Virus record (IMG/VR): IMGVR_UViG_2700989274_000005
Location: 1 to 20,931 of that record
From: a virus
Taxonomy: Duplodnaviria > Heunggongvirae > Uroviricota > Caudoviricetes
DNA: 20,931 nt
Direction: 5' to 3' (one strand)
Made by a program: the position numbers and the translations under genes. The notes below the pieces were generated by a model. The model saw nothing but the letters and a program-made list of their open reading frames with translations. It did not search any database and was not told the DNA's origin. Shown here in pieces: positions 8,039 to 15,271 of the stretch. The stretch's first letter is position 1. The number at the start of each line of letters is the position of its first letter.

Positions 8039-8728
8039 TTAACCATGCTTCCTGTACGTCTGCGGCATGCTTCCAATGACCTTACCGAATATGAACACCC
8101 GGTTCATCTCGTCTTTCTCGATCGGGTCCCACGGCGAGTAGCTCTTGTTATCAGAGATAACCAGCAGCTTATCCTTCATCATTTGAAGACGTTTTACATG
8201 GGCAGTGTCGTCGTACAGAAACGCATAGATGCCATCACCGTCGAAAGATTTAACAGTGATATCAACGAACAGCAGGTCACCTGGTTCGATCGTCCCTGAC
8301 ATGCTGTCACCTCGCACGTTAATGATGCGGATATTTTCCGCCTTCCTGCCATCGAACATGTGACGAGCATCGTCAAACGAGTACTCAACCGAGCGTAGAA
8401 CTTCTACAAACTCACGGTTGATTACACCTGGCCCGGCACTGACTTCTATATCAAGAACGTCAATTTTGAAGTATTTGGAATGGCTGACAGTTGATTGTAT
8501 TGGTTGCACTGTACTGTCTGACATATTTCCAACGCCAGAAGATAACCATTCTGCGCGCACACCCAAAGCGTTCGCGATCTCCACGATTTTAGTTGTTTGG
8601 TTAGCTTTCCCTGTTTCGATTTTCTGAATAGCAGCCTGGCTAACCCCGACCAAATCCCCAAGCGCCTTTTGTGTAAGGCCTCGCGCTAATCTGGCTTCTT
8701 TAAGTCTTTCTGAGAGTGTTGTTTTCAT
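8039..8728 (-). CDS. CI-like prophage repressor (N-terminal XRE-type HTH, C-terminal S24 LexA-like autopeptidase domain)
   Basis: 229-aa ORF; HTH segment LTQKALGDLVGVSQAAIQKIETGK; C-terminal GDSM serine motif and KRL lysine motif typical of RecA-stimulated self-cleaving repressors; divergent from the cro-like gene. Confidence 0.85.
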   Translation of the reverse strand: MKTTLSERLKEARLARGLTQKALGDLVGVSQAAIQKIETGKANQTTKIVEIANALGVRAEWLSSGVGNMSDSTVQPIQSTVSHSKYFKIDVLDIEVSAGPGVINREFVEVLRSVEYSFDDARHMFDGRKAENIRIINVRGDSMSGTIEPGDLLFVDITVKSFDGDGIYAFLYDDTAHVKRLQMMKDKLLVISDNKSYSPWDPIEKDEMNRVFIFGKVIGSMPQTYRKHG

Positions 8729-8769
8729 AGATCAAATGTACAACCAAGGTTTTATTTCATCAAACGAAA

Positions 8770-8805
8770 ATGGTTGTTGACTAAAAACAACCATAGTTTT
8801 AATCT
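8770..8805 (+). promoter_or_regulatory. Putative OR/pR: operator palindrome overlapping a rightward promoter
   Basis: Perfect inverted repeat ATGGTTGTT-gactaaa-AACAACCAT (8770-8794); -35 TTGACT (8777-8782), 17-bp spacer, -10-like TAATCT (8800-8805); GGAGG Shine-Dalgarno before the cro-like ATG at 8833. Confidence 0.55.
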
Positions 8806-8832
8806 TTATTCGGATTAACCACGGAGGTTGTT

Positions 8833-9063
8833 ATGAACCCAGCAATCAAAACAGCGATCAATATCGTTGGTTCACAAAAGAAACTAGGCGATGCCTGCGA
8901 AGTTTCACAGCAGGCCGTCTATAAGTGGCTTCACAACAAAGCAAAGGTATCCCCTGAACATGTCGGCAGCATTGTTACGGCTACTGGTGGAGTTGTGAAG
9001 GCATACCAGATTCGCCCGGATCTTCCGAAGTTGTTTCCACACACCGAAAAGAACGCAGCTTAA
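8833..9063 (+). CDS. Cro-like HTH regulator (Cro/CI family)
   Basis: 76-aa ORF with HTH-like segment (QKKLGDACEVSQQAVYKW); first gene transcribed rightward from the operator region, divergent from the repressor gene. Confidence 0.7.
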   Translation: MNPAIKTAINIVGSQKKLGDACEVSQQAVYKWLHNKAKVSPEHVGSIVTATGGVVKAYQIRPDLPKLFPHTEKNAA

Positions 9064-9075
9064 ATTTCCATTTCA

Positions 9076-9084
9076 CGCTCTTTA
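9076..9084 (+). promoter_or_regulatory. boxA-like element (CGCTCTTTA) in nutR position
   Basis: Exact match to the boxA consensus, 13 nt after the cro-like stop, where lambda nutR lies; no canonical boxB hairpin seen next to it. Confidence 0.35.
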
Positions 9085-9132
9085 ACAATAAGCAATCAAC
9101 TTAACAGTCAATTCAAACTAAAGGAGTCAATT

Positions 9133-9672
9133 ATGCAACCACTTACATACCAACAGACTAGCGGATTTATTCCGACTGCGGTGATAAATCGTTCTCAAAC
9201 AAAACAAGCTCCAGGCCACGAAAAAATCCGTGATGCCGTCCGCGCCTGGTCGGCTGTAGATAATCAGGATGTCGTTGCCGCACTCATTGTGAATGAGTAT
9301 CGGGAGCAGGGCGACGGCACCATCGATTTCCCTGATGATGTCAGCCGTGCACGCCAGAAGCTGTTCCGCTTCCTCGATAACAAATTCGATTCTGAAAAAT
9401 ACCGAAATAACGTGCGTGAACTGACCCCGGCAATTCTGGCGGTACTACCGCTGGAATATCGCGGTTACCTGGTTGAGCAGGATAGCTTCATGACTCGGTT
9501 GGCTGAAATGGAAAAGGAACTCAGTGAGGCAAAACAGGCTGTCATTCTCAACGCACCACGCCACCAGAAACTGAAGGAAATGAGTGAAGGTATTGTGTCG
9601 ATGTTTCGTGTGGACCCGGATCTGGCTGGTCCATTAATGGCGATGGTGACCACCATGCTGGGGGCAATATGA
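9133..9672 (+). CDS. YdaT/CII-like prophage regulatory protein
   Basis: 179-aa ORF in the cII position; segment LTPAILAVLPLEYR resembles the YdaT-family segment I recall from Rac YdaT (LIPAILAILPRELR). Confidence 0.45.
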   Translation: MQPLTYQQTSGFIPTAVINRSQTKQAPGHEKIRDAVRAWSAVDNQDVVAALIVNEYREQGDGTIDFPDDVSRARQKLFRFLDNKFDSEKYRNNVRELTPAILAVLPLEYRGYLVEQDSFMTRLAEMEKELSEAKQAVILNAPRHQKLKEMSEGIVSMFRVDPDLAGPLMAMVTTMLGAI

Positions 9673-9758
9673 CAGGTTCAGAAATGGCGAAAGTCGGTCT
9701 GCGGGAACAGAACCGACTTTCAGGTGCAAATCGTAACACACTCATTGCGGGAGGAATT

Positions 9759-10688
9759 ATGGCAAACACTGCTGAGATATTCAATTTTCCAGTGCCGGAT
9801 GCGGCACAAAAGGAGCCGCGCGTGGCAGATCTCGATGATGGTTATACGCGCATTGCAAATGAGTTGCTGGAAGCTGTGATGCTGGCCGGATTAACACAGC
9901 ACCAGCTTCTGGTCTTCCTGGCTGTCATGCGCAAAACATATGGCTTTAATAAAAAACTGGATTGGGTGAGCAACGAGCAACTTTCCGAGTTGACCGGGAT
10001 ATTGCCGCACAAGTGTTCTGCTGCAAAAAGTGTTCTGGTAAAGCGTGGGATTTTTATTCAGAGCGGGCGGAATATCGGCATTAATAATGTGGTCAGTGAA
10101 TGGTCAACATTACCCGAATCAGGTAAGAAAAATAAAGTTTACCTGAAAGAGGTAAATTTACCTGAATCAGGTAAGAAAAGTTTACCCAAATCAGGTAAAG
10201 GCACTTACCCGAATCAGGTAAACACAAAATACAAACTAACAAAAGACAATATAAAACCTTTTTCGTCCGAGAATTCTGGCGAATCCTCTGACCAACCAGA
10301 AAACGATCTTCCTGTGGAGAAACCAGATGCTGCAATTCAGAGCGGCAGCAGGTGGGGGACAGCAGAAGACCTGACCGCCGCAGAGTGGATGTTTGACATG
10401 GTGAAGACCATCGCGCCATCAGCCAGAAAACCGAATTTTGCAGGGTGGGCTAACGATATCCGCCTGATGCGTGAACGTGACGGCCGTAACCACCGCGACA
10501 TGTGCGTGCTGTTCCGCTGGGCATGCCAGGACAACTTCTGGTCCGGTAACGTGCTAAGTCCGGCCAAACTCCGCGACAAGTGGACCCAACTCGAAATCAA
10601 CCGTAACAAGCAACAGGCTGGCGTGATAGCCGGAAAATCAAAACTCGACCTGACAAACACTGACTGGATTTACGGGGTGGATTTATGA
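9759..10688 (+). CDS. Replication initiator O-like protein (likely start at 9759; the longer frame opens at 9669)
   Basis: N-terminus MANTAEIFNF...VADLDDGYTRIANELLEA parallels lambda O (MTNTAKILNF...VADLDDGYARLSNMLLEA); GGGAGG Shine-Dalgarno before 9759; iterons inside the gene; stop overlaps the P start. Confidence 0.8.
   Translation: MANTAEIFNFPVPDAAQKEPRVADLDDGYTRIANELLEAVMLAGLTQHQLLVFLAVMRKTYGFNKKLDWVSNEQLSELTGILPHKCSAAKSVLVKRGIFIQSGRNIGINNVVSEWSTLPESGKKNKVYLKEVNLPESGKKSLPKSGKGTYPNQVNTKYKLTKDNIKPFSSENSGESSDQPENDLPVEKPDAAIQSGSRWGTAEDLTAAEWMFDMVKTIAPSARKPNFAGWANDIRLMRERDGRNHRDMCVLFRWACQDNFWSGNVLSPAKLRDKWTQLEINRNKQQAGVIAGKSKLDLTNTDWIYGVDL
10110..10222. repeat. Replication origin iterons (five 18-bp repeats, consensus TTACCyGAATCAGGTAAr) within the O gene, followed by an AT-rich stretch to about 10260
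   Basis: Repeats at 10110-10127, 10139-10156, 10158-10175, 10182-10199, 10205-10222, each internally palindromic (ttacc...ggtaa); encode repeated LPESGKK-like peptide in O; AT-rich tract follows. Confidence 0.8.
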
Positions 10689-11386
10689 AAAACATCGCCG
10701 CACAGATGGTTAACTTTGACCGTGAGCAGATGCGCCGGATCGCCAACAACATGCCGGAACAGTACGACGAAAAGCCGCAGGTACAACAGGTAGCGCAGAT
10801 CATCAATGGTGTGTTCAGCCAGTTACTGGCAACTTTCCCGGCGAGCCTGGCTAACCGGGACCAGAACGAACTGAACGAAATCCGCCGCCAGTGGGTTCTG
10901 GCTTTCCGGGAAAACGGGATCACCACGATGGAACAGGTTAACGCAGGAATGCGCGTAGCCCGTCGGCAGAATCGACCATTCCTGCCATCACCCGGGCAGT
11001 TTGTTGCCTGGTGCCGGGAAGAAGCATCCGTTACCGCCGGGCTGCCAAACGCCAGCGAGCTGGTTGATATGGTTTACGAGTATTGCCGGAAACGTGGCCT
11101 GTATCCAGATGCAGAGTCTTATCCGTGGAAATCAAACGCGCACTACTGGCTGGTTACCAACCTGTATCAGAACATGCGGGCCAATGCGCTGACTGATGCG
11201 GAATTACGGCGCAAGGCTGCCGATGAACTGGCCTGTATGACAGCGCGAATTAACCGTGGTGAGGCGATACCTGAACCAGTAAAACAACTTCCTGTCATGG
11301 GCGGGAGACCGCTTAATCGTGTTCAGGCTCTGGCGAAGATCGCAGAAATCAAAGCGAAGTTTGGGCTGAAAGGAGCAAGTGTATGA
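10685..11386 (+). CDS. P: Lambda replication protein P (DnaB helicase loader)
   Basis: 233-aa ORF MKNIAAQMVNFDREQMRRIANNMPEQYDEKPQVQQVAQIINGVF...; near-identical to lambda P as recalled. Confidence 0.95.
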   Translation: MKNIAAQMVNFDREQMRRIANNMPEQYDEKPQVQQVAQIINGVFSQLLATFPASLANRDQNELNEIRRQWVLAFRENGITTMEQVNAGMRVARRQNRPFLPSPGQFVAWCREEASVTAGLPNASELVDMVYEYCRKRGLYPDAESYPWKSNAHYWLVTNLYQNMRANALTDAELRRKAADELACMTARINRGEAIPEPVKQLPVMGGRPLNRVQALAKIAEIKAKFGLKGASV

Positions 11387-11670
11387 CGGGCAAAGAGGCA
11401 ATTATTCATTACCTGGGGACTCATAAGAACTTCTGTGCGCAGGACGTTGCCGCGGTAACAGGCGCAACCGTAACCAGCATAAATCAGGCTGCGGCTAAAA
11501 TGGCGCGGTCAGGAATCCTGGTCGTTGATGGTAAGGTCTGGCGAACGGTGTATTACCGGTTCGCTACCAGAGAAGAACGGGAAGGAAAGGTGAGCACGAA
11601 TCTGATTTTTAAGGAGTGTCGTCAAAGTGCCGCGATGAAGCGGGTGTTGGCTTTATATGGAAGAGAGTAG
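11383..11670 (+). CDS. ren: Lambda Ren
   Basis: 95-aa ORF MTGKEAIIHYLGTHKNFCAQDVAAVTGATVTSINQAAAKMARSG...; matches lambda Ren as recalled; overlaps the P stop. Confidence 0.85.
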   Translation: MTGKEAIIHYLGTHKNFCAQDVAAVTGATVTSINQAAAKMARSGILVVDGKVWRTVYYRFATREEREGKVSTNLIFKECRQSAAMKRVLALYGRE

Positions 11671-11734
11671 GTATGAGCAATTATTGTTACTAATTTTAGT
11701 TTTACGACATTCGTGATAACTAAATAATTGATGT

Positions 11735-11989
11735 GTGGAACTGAATTATAAAGGGGATGATGTTTTGGGAAATAAAGAAAATATCGATTGTAAGCACACA
11801 AGAAGCTCATGCTATAAAAACAAGCAGATGAAAGATGTTATTTATATTACATTGCCTAAACTCACTGAAGAAGAAGTAGAAATTTTTAAGGGACCAATGC
11901 ATAAAGCATTGCTTGCAGGGATAAATGTTACAAAAAAGGCAGTTTCTGATGCCCTGCTAAACAAAGGGATAAAAGTTGAATTTAAATAG
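11735..11989 (+). CDS. Hypothetical small protein in the AT-rich cargo slot (GTG start as listed; possible internal ATG start giving about 53 aa)
   Basis: 84-aa frame in AT-rich DNA, convergent with the 472-aa gene; weak ribosome-binding context, so coding status is uncertain. Confidence 0.3.
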   Translation: MELNYKGDDVLGNKENIDCKHTRSSCYKNKQMKDVIYITLPKLTEEEVEIFKGPMHKALLAGINVTKKAVSDALLNKGIKVEFK

Positions 11990-12005
11990 AGTAATTCAGT
12001 GGCAA

Positions 12006-12033
12006 CAATAGCACTCATTTGTGAGTGCTATTG
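12006..12033. terminator. Perfect 12-bp stem / 4-nt loop hairpin between the convergent cargo genes (possible bidirectional terminator)
   Basis: caatagcactca-tttg-tgagtgctattg seen; lies between the stop at 11989 (plus) and the stop at 12041 (minus). Confidence 0.5.
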
Positions 12034-12040
12034 AAATTTA

Positions 12041-13459
12041 TTAGAAAATAATGTTTGCTATATCCGAGATAGCATTTAAAGAACCTCTGTGGTCACTTCC
12101 TGTTTTAGGTAAAATATAGGAATATCGAGGGTCTTCATTATATGTTAACTTCCAGTGTTTTCCATCGCTTGACGCACTGAAACCTAAGTCCTTTAAATTT
12201 CTTTGTGTTGCGCTATCCATGCTTCTGTAACCTGTTAAAGTCCTTTTAAGTAATTGGCGGCGACTCTCGGTTTCTTTATTGTATTCATTATTGGCAATTA
12301 GGGATGATAAGATATGGTAGCTTCTACCAAATTCATTTTTATTTTTTATGGCAGTTTTTAGTGCGTCAATAATTATATTTTTGATTTCTCCATCAAAAAA
12401 ATCAGTCTCTTCACCAGCATTAAGCACAATGCTTCCTTGGGCTGAAGCTTGTGATTGAAGAGTGCGTACTCTGTGCTCTAAAGAGGAGATCTTATGCTTA
12501 AGATCTTCTATTTGGTCATCTTTCGCAACATTATCGGCTTCGTAAAGCGCCATCAGTTCGCGTGTGTATTCTCCTCTTTCTTTGAGTGAGTTAATAGAGT
12601 CTTTCGTTTTTCTGGTTTGTATCTCACTCCATCCACTATCTGAGACAGGAGCCATTGTAGTCGTAGCTCTTACAACATCATCAAATAACTCATCTTCAAA
12701 TTCTTTTGCGGTTTTCTCACCACGGCGATAAAAACTGATATTTTGACCCCGTGGCCAATAGATACCAACAGCACCAGCATAGGCATTTTTAGCATTTGTC
12801 TCATTTTTTAGCTTAATAGAAAATAGTCTATTGCTAGGCTCAATTAATACATGTGCTAATCCGCATACCTTTCTTGCAAGGCGTTCTGGGATGATATTGT
12901 GAGCATGTTCATTAAAAAAATACTTGGAGCTAACGTATATTATTGGTAGTCTGTTGTCAGTTTCACCATTTATAACTTTAGCTGCTATATTTAAATGTTC
13001 ATCAGTATCATCTAAGGAATGAGGTTCGACTGACACCTTGAAAATATCATCAAGACCACCAGAAAATTTATCAATCAATCTCATAACAACTAATGGTTTC
13101 TTAGGTTGCGGGGCTAGATAAGCTGCATCTTGGCTTACAACGCTAGATTCCACCTGAATCCACATGGTATCAGTTTTGAGATTTTTATTAATTGAAATAT
13201 CTGTTACCCATTTGTGTGGCTCAGATATTTTCGAATACCTAAAACAGCCTAAACTAGTATCTTTGTTTTTATAAGTTATTATATCAATTCTTTCATTTTT
13301 AGACTCTATGAAGTACTCCTCGCTTTTATAATCACATACTAATTGTGCTGGAATAAAAGTTGTATGTGGTGAGTCGTTTACCCAAGAAAAACATTCATTA
13401 AAGATCTCAGCTAGAGATGTGGAGTTTGAAACATAAAAACCAGTTGAGAAATATTTCAT
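12041..13459 (-). CDS. Orphan 472-aa protein, no recognised family; low-GC cargo gene antisense to the early-right operon
   Basis: 1.4-kb uninterrupted ORF in AT-rich DNA; AAGGA Shine-Dalgarno 7 nt before the ATG; no Walker A or HExxH seen; heptad-like charged segment around aa 300-340 (DDQIEDLKHKISSLEHRVRTLQSQ). Confidence 0.75.
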   Translation of the reverse strand: MKYFSTGFYVSNSTSLAEIFNECFSWVNDSPHTTFIPAQLVCDYKSEEYFIESKNERIDIITYKNKDTSLGCFRYSKISEPHKWVTDISINKNLKTDTMWIQVESSVVSQDAAYLAPQPKKPLVVMRLIDKFSGGLDDIFKVSVEPHSLDDTDEHLNIAAKVINGETDNRLPIIYVSSKYFFNEHAHNIIPERLARKVCGLAHVLIEPSNRLFSIKLKNETNAKNAYAGAVGIYWPRGQNISFYRRGEKTAKEFEDELFDDVVRATTTMAPVSDSGWSEIQTRKTKDSINSLKERGEYTRELMALYEADNVAKDDQIEDLKHKISSLEHRVRTLQSQASAQGSIVLNAGEETDFFDGEIKNIIIDALKTAIKNKNEFGRSYHILSSLIANNEYNKETESRRQLLKRTLTGYRSMDSATQRNLKDLGFSASSDGKHWKLTYNEDPRYSYILPKTGSDHRGSLNAISDIANIIF

Positions 13460-13476
13460 GAAATTTCCTTATTAAA

Positions 13477-13494
13477 AATGAGATTAATCTCATT
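13477..13494. promoter_or_regulatory. Perfect 18-bp palindrome just upstream of the 472-aa gene (candidate operator or regulatory hairpin)
   Basis: aatgagatt|aatctcatt seen 18 nt upstream of the start codon at 13459. Confidence 0.35.
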
Positions 13495-13734
13495 GGCTAT
13501 GATAATTGTTACCCTCCTTTGGATCTAGTGTTCATTTGACATAAGAACCTATTGATTCATCATAATCAACTCGCCATAATCATGTCATCGGAGCCTGAAC
13601 AACTCCGGTGACTTCTGCGCTTTGAGGGGACTCAAAGTGCAAACGACAATCAGAACACCTTTCAACCAGTCACAGATGCAGAAATGCACCTGCGATATCT
13701 TGCATCCAACGTTTGACCTCTGCGGAGGTGAAGC

Positions 13735-14190
13735 GTGAACCTCCCACAAGATGGTATCAAATTGCATCGCGGTAACTTCACCGCTATCGGTCGGCAGATC
13801 CAGCCTTATCTGGAGGACGGCAAATGCTTTCGCATGGTGCTTAAACCGTGGCGCGAGAGACGCAGTCTTTCCCAGAATGCACTCAGCCACATGTGGTACA
13901 GCGAAATCAGTGAATACCTCATCAGCAAGGGTAAAACGTTCGCCACTCCAGCTTGGGTAAAAGATGCTCTCAAACACACATATCTCGGTTATGAAACCAA
14001 AGACCTGGTTGATGTCGTAACCGGTGATATCACCACTATCCAGTCGTTACGCCATACCTCCGATCTTGATACCGGAGAGATGTATGTCTTCCTGTGTAAG
14101 GTTGAAGCCTGGGCGGTGAATATTGGCTGCCACCTGACTATTCCGCAGAGCTGCGAGTTCCAGCTGCTCCGCGACAAGCAGGAGGCGTAA
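13735..14190 (+). CDS. ybcN: YbcN-like nin-region protein (DLP12 ybcN family)
   Basis: 151-aa ORF with GTG start and GGAGG Shine-Dalgarno; size and position before ninE-ybcO-rusA match DLP12 ybcN. Confidence 0.6.
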   Translation: MNLPQDGIKLHRGNFTAIGRQIQPYLEDGKCFRMVLKPWRERRSLSQNALSHMWYSEISEYLISKGKTFATPAWVKDALKHTYLGYETKDLVDVVTGDITTIQSLRHTSDLDTGEMYVFLCKVEAWAVNIGCHLTIPQSCEFQLLRDKQEA

Positions 14191-14360
14191 TGGCTACACC
14201 GCTTATTCGTGTCATGAACGGACACATCTACAGAGTACCAGATCGTCGTAAGCGTAAACCGGAGCTGAAGCCTTCCGAAATACCAACACTGCTCGGATAT
14301 ACCGCCAGCCTGGTTGATAAAAAATGGTTGCGACTGGCAGCAAGGAGGAATCATGGCTGA
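14190..14360 (+). CDS. ninE: NinE (56 aa), not in the supplied ORF track
   Basis: Translated by hand: [56 protein letters not shown]; ATG overlaps the ybcN stop (taATG); ends 14360, overlapping the ybcO start. Confidence 0.65.
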   Translation: MATPLIRVMNGHIYRVPDRRKRKPELKPSEIPTLLGYTASLVDKKWLRLAARRNHG

Positions 14361-14643
14361 TTTGAGAAAAGCAGCGCGTAGTCGGGAATGCCAGGTAAGA
14401 ATCCCTGGCGTATGTAATGGCAACCCTGAAACGTCTGTACTGGCACATATCCGGCTGACTGGATTGTGCGGCACCGGTACCAAACCGCCAGACCTGATTG
14501 CCACCATTGCATGTTCTGCCTGCCACGACGAAATCGACCGCCGCACACATTTTGTCGATGCTGCATATGCAAAAGAATGCGCGCTGGAAGGTATGGCGAG
14601 AACACAGGTTATCTGGCTGAAAGAGGGGGTTATTAAGGCGTGA
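14353..14643 (+). CDS. ybcO: YbcO-like protein (DUF1364, cysteine-cluster putative nuclease); start at 14353 rather than 14314
   Basis: 96 aa from MADLRK... with AAGGAGGA Shine-Dalgarno; Cys cluster CQVRIPGVC...CSAC; lies directly before rusA as in DLP12. Confidence 0.65.
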   Translation: MADLRKAARSRECQVRIPGVCNGNPETSVLAHIRLTGLCGTGTKPPDLIATIACSACHDEIDRRTHFVDAAYAKECALEGMARTQVIWLKEGVIKA

Positions 14644-15002
14644 ATACCTACAGCATCACATTACCCTGGCCTCCGAGCAATAATCGCTATTACCGCCATA
14701 ATCGCGGGCGCACGCACGTCAGCGCAGAGGGGCAGGCATACCGCGATAACGTCGCCCGAATCATTAAAAACGCAATGCTGGATATCGGCCTGGCTATGCC
14801 TGTGAAAATCCGCATTGAGTGCCACATGCCGGATCGCCGTCGCCGTGACCTGGATAATCTGCAAAAAGCCGCTTTTGACGCACTCACTAAAGCAGGTTTC
14901 TGGCTGGATGATGCTCAGGTCGTTGATTACCGCGTTGTGAAGATGCCTGTTACCAAAGGTGGGAGGCTGGAACTGACCATCACCGAAATGGGGAATGAAT
15001 GA
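14640..15002 (+). CDS. rusA: RusA Holliday-junction resolvase
   Basis: 120-aa [50 protein letters not shown]...; matches E. coli RusA as recalled. Confidence 0.9.
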   Translation: MNTYSITLPWPPSNNRYYRHNRGRTHVSAEGQAYRDNVARIIKNAMLDIGLAMPVKIRIECHMPDRRRRDLDNLQKAAFDALTKAGFWLDDAQVVDYRVVKMPVTKGGRLELTITEMGNE

Positions 15003-15139
15003 TGTTTGAGTTTTATATGGCAGAACGTCTTCGCCACCGCTGGGGGCGTCTGCGCTTATATCGTTTCCCCGGTTCTGTTTTGACCGATTACCGAATACTG
15101 AAGAATTACGCCAAAACCCTGACAGGAGCAGGAGTATGA
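14999..15139 (+). CDS. ylcG: YlcG-like small protein (46 aa), not in the supplied ORF track
   Basis: Translated by hand: [46 protein letters not shown]; ATG overlaps the rusA stop; DLP12 gene order rusA-ylcG-Q. Confidence 0.55.
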   Translation: MMFEFYMAERLRHRWGRLRLYRFPGSVLTDYRILKNYAKTLTGAGV

Positions 15140-15224
15140 AGTCAGAGATAACAATCAACTAATACTGTTTTGTTGATTTTTGCTTGTAATTGGCGTTCTG
15201 GTCTGATTTTTGTGGAGTAAGTTG

Positions 15225-15271
15225 ATGCGTGATATTCAGATGGTTCTTGAGCGTTGGGGAGCGTGGGCGGC
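15225..15271 (+). CDS. Q-like late antiterminator, 5' fragment only (first 15 codons), truncated by the assembly gap
   Basis: ATG at 15225 encodes MRDIQMVLERWGAWA..., the N-terminus of DLP12-type Q (QuuD) as recalled; runs into the N run at 15272. Confidence 0.6.

Larger units (their letters stand above)
1331..15271. mobile_element. Lambda-like prophage, left and central portion (attL to start of Q); right end not in window, truncated by the N gap
   Basis: attL core plus lambda P' arm, then int, xis, exo, bet, gam, repressor/cro, O, P, ren, nin genes and Q start in canonical lambdoid order and orientation. Confidence 0.9.

Noticed and set aside
9669-9758. Upstream ATG at 9669 as the O start
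   Set aside because: Homology to the lambda O N-terminus begins at the ATG at 9759, which has the stronger Shine-Dalgarno; the 9669 extension is probably untranslated overlap with the preceding gene's end.
10110-10222. Short regularly spaced direct repeats that could be mistaken for a CRISPR array
   Set aside because: Only five 18-bp repeats with variable 1-11 bp spacers, located inside the O gene next to an AT-rich tract; this is the classic lambdoid origin iteron arrangement.
10093-10926. Minus-strand ORFs antisense to O and P
   Set aside because: Shadow ORFs within lambda-type replication genes.
11735-11989. Eyeballed similarity of the 84-aa ORF C-terminus to ribosomal protein L7/L12
   Set aside because: Rests on a short end motif (…KGIKVEFK versus …AGAEVEVK) and general Lys/Ala richness; too weak to call without a profile search.
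14314-14352. Upstream ATG at 14314 as the ybcO start
   Set aside because: It would sit deep inside ninE; the ATG at 14353 has an AAGGAGGA Shine-Dalgarno and gives the expected 96-aa product.
13585-15158. Minus-strand ORFs (84-185 aa) across ybcN/ninE/ybcO/rusA
   Set aside because: Antisense to a tightly coupled, conserved nin gene chain; no ribosome-binding support.
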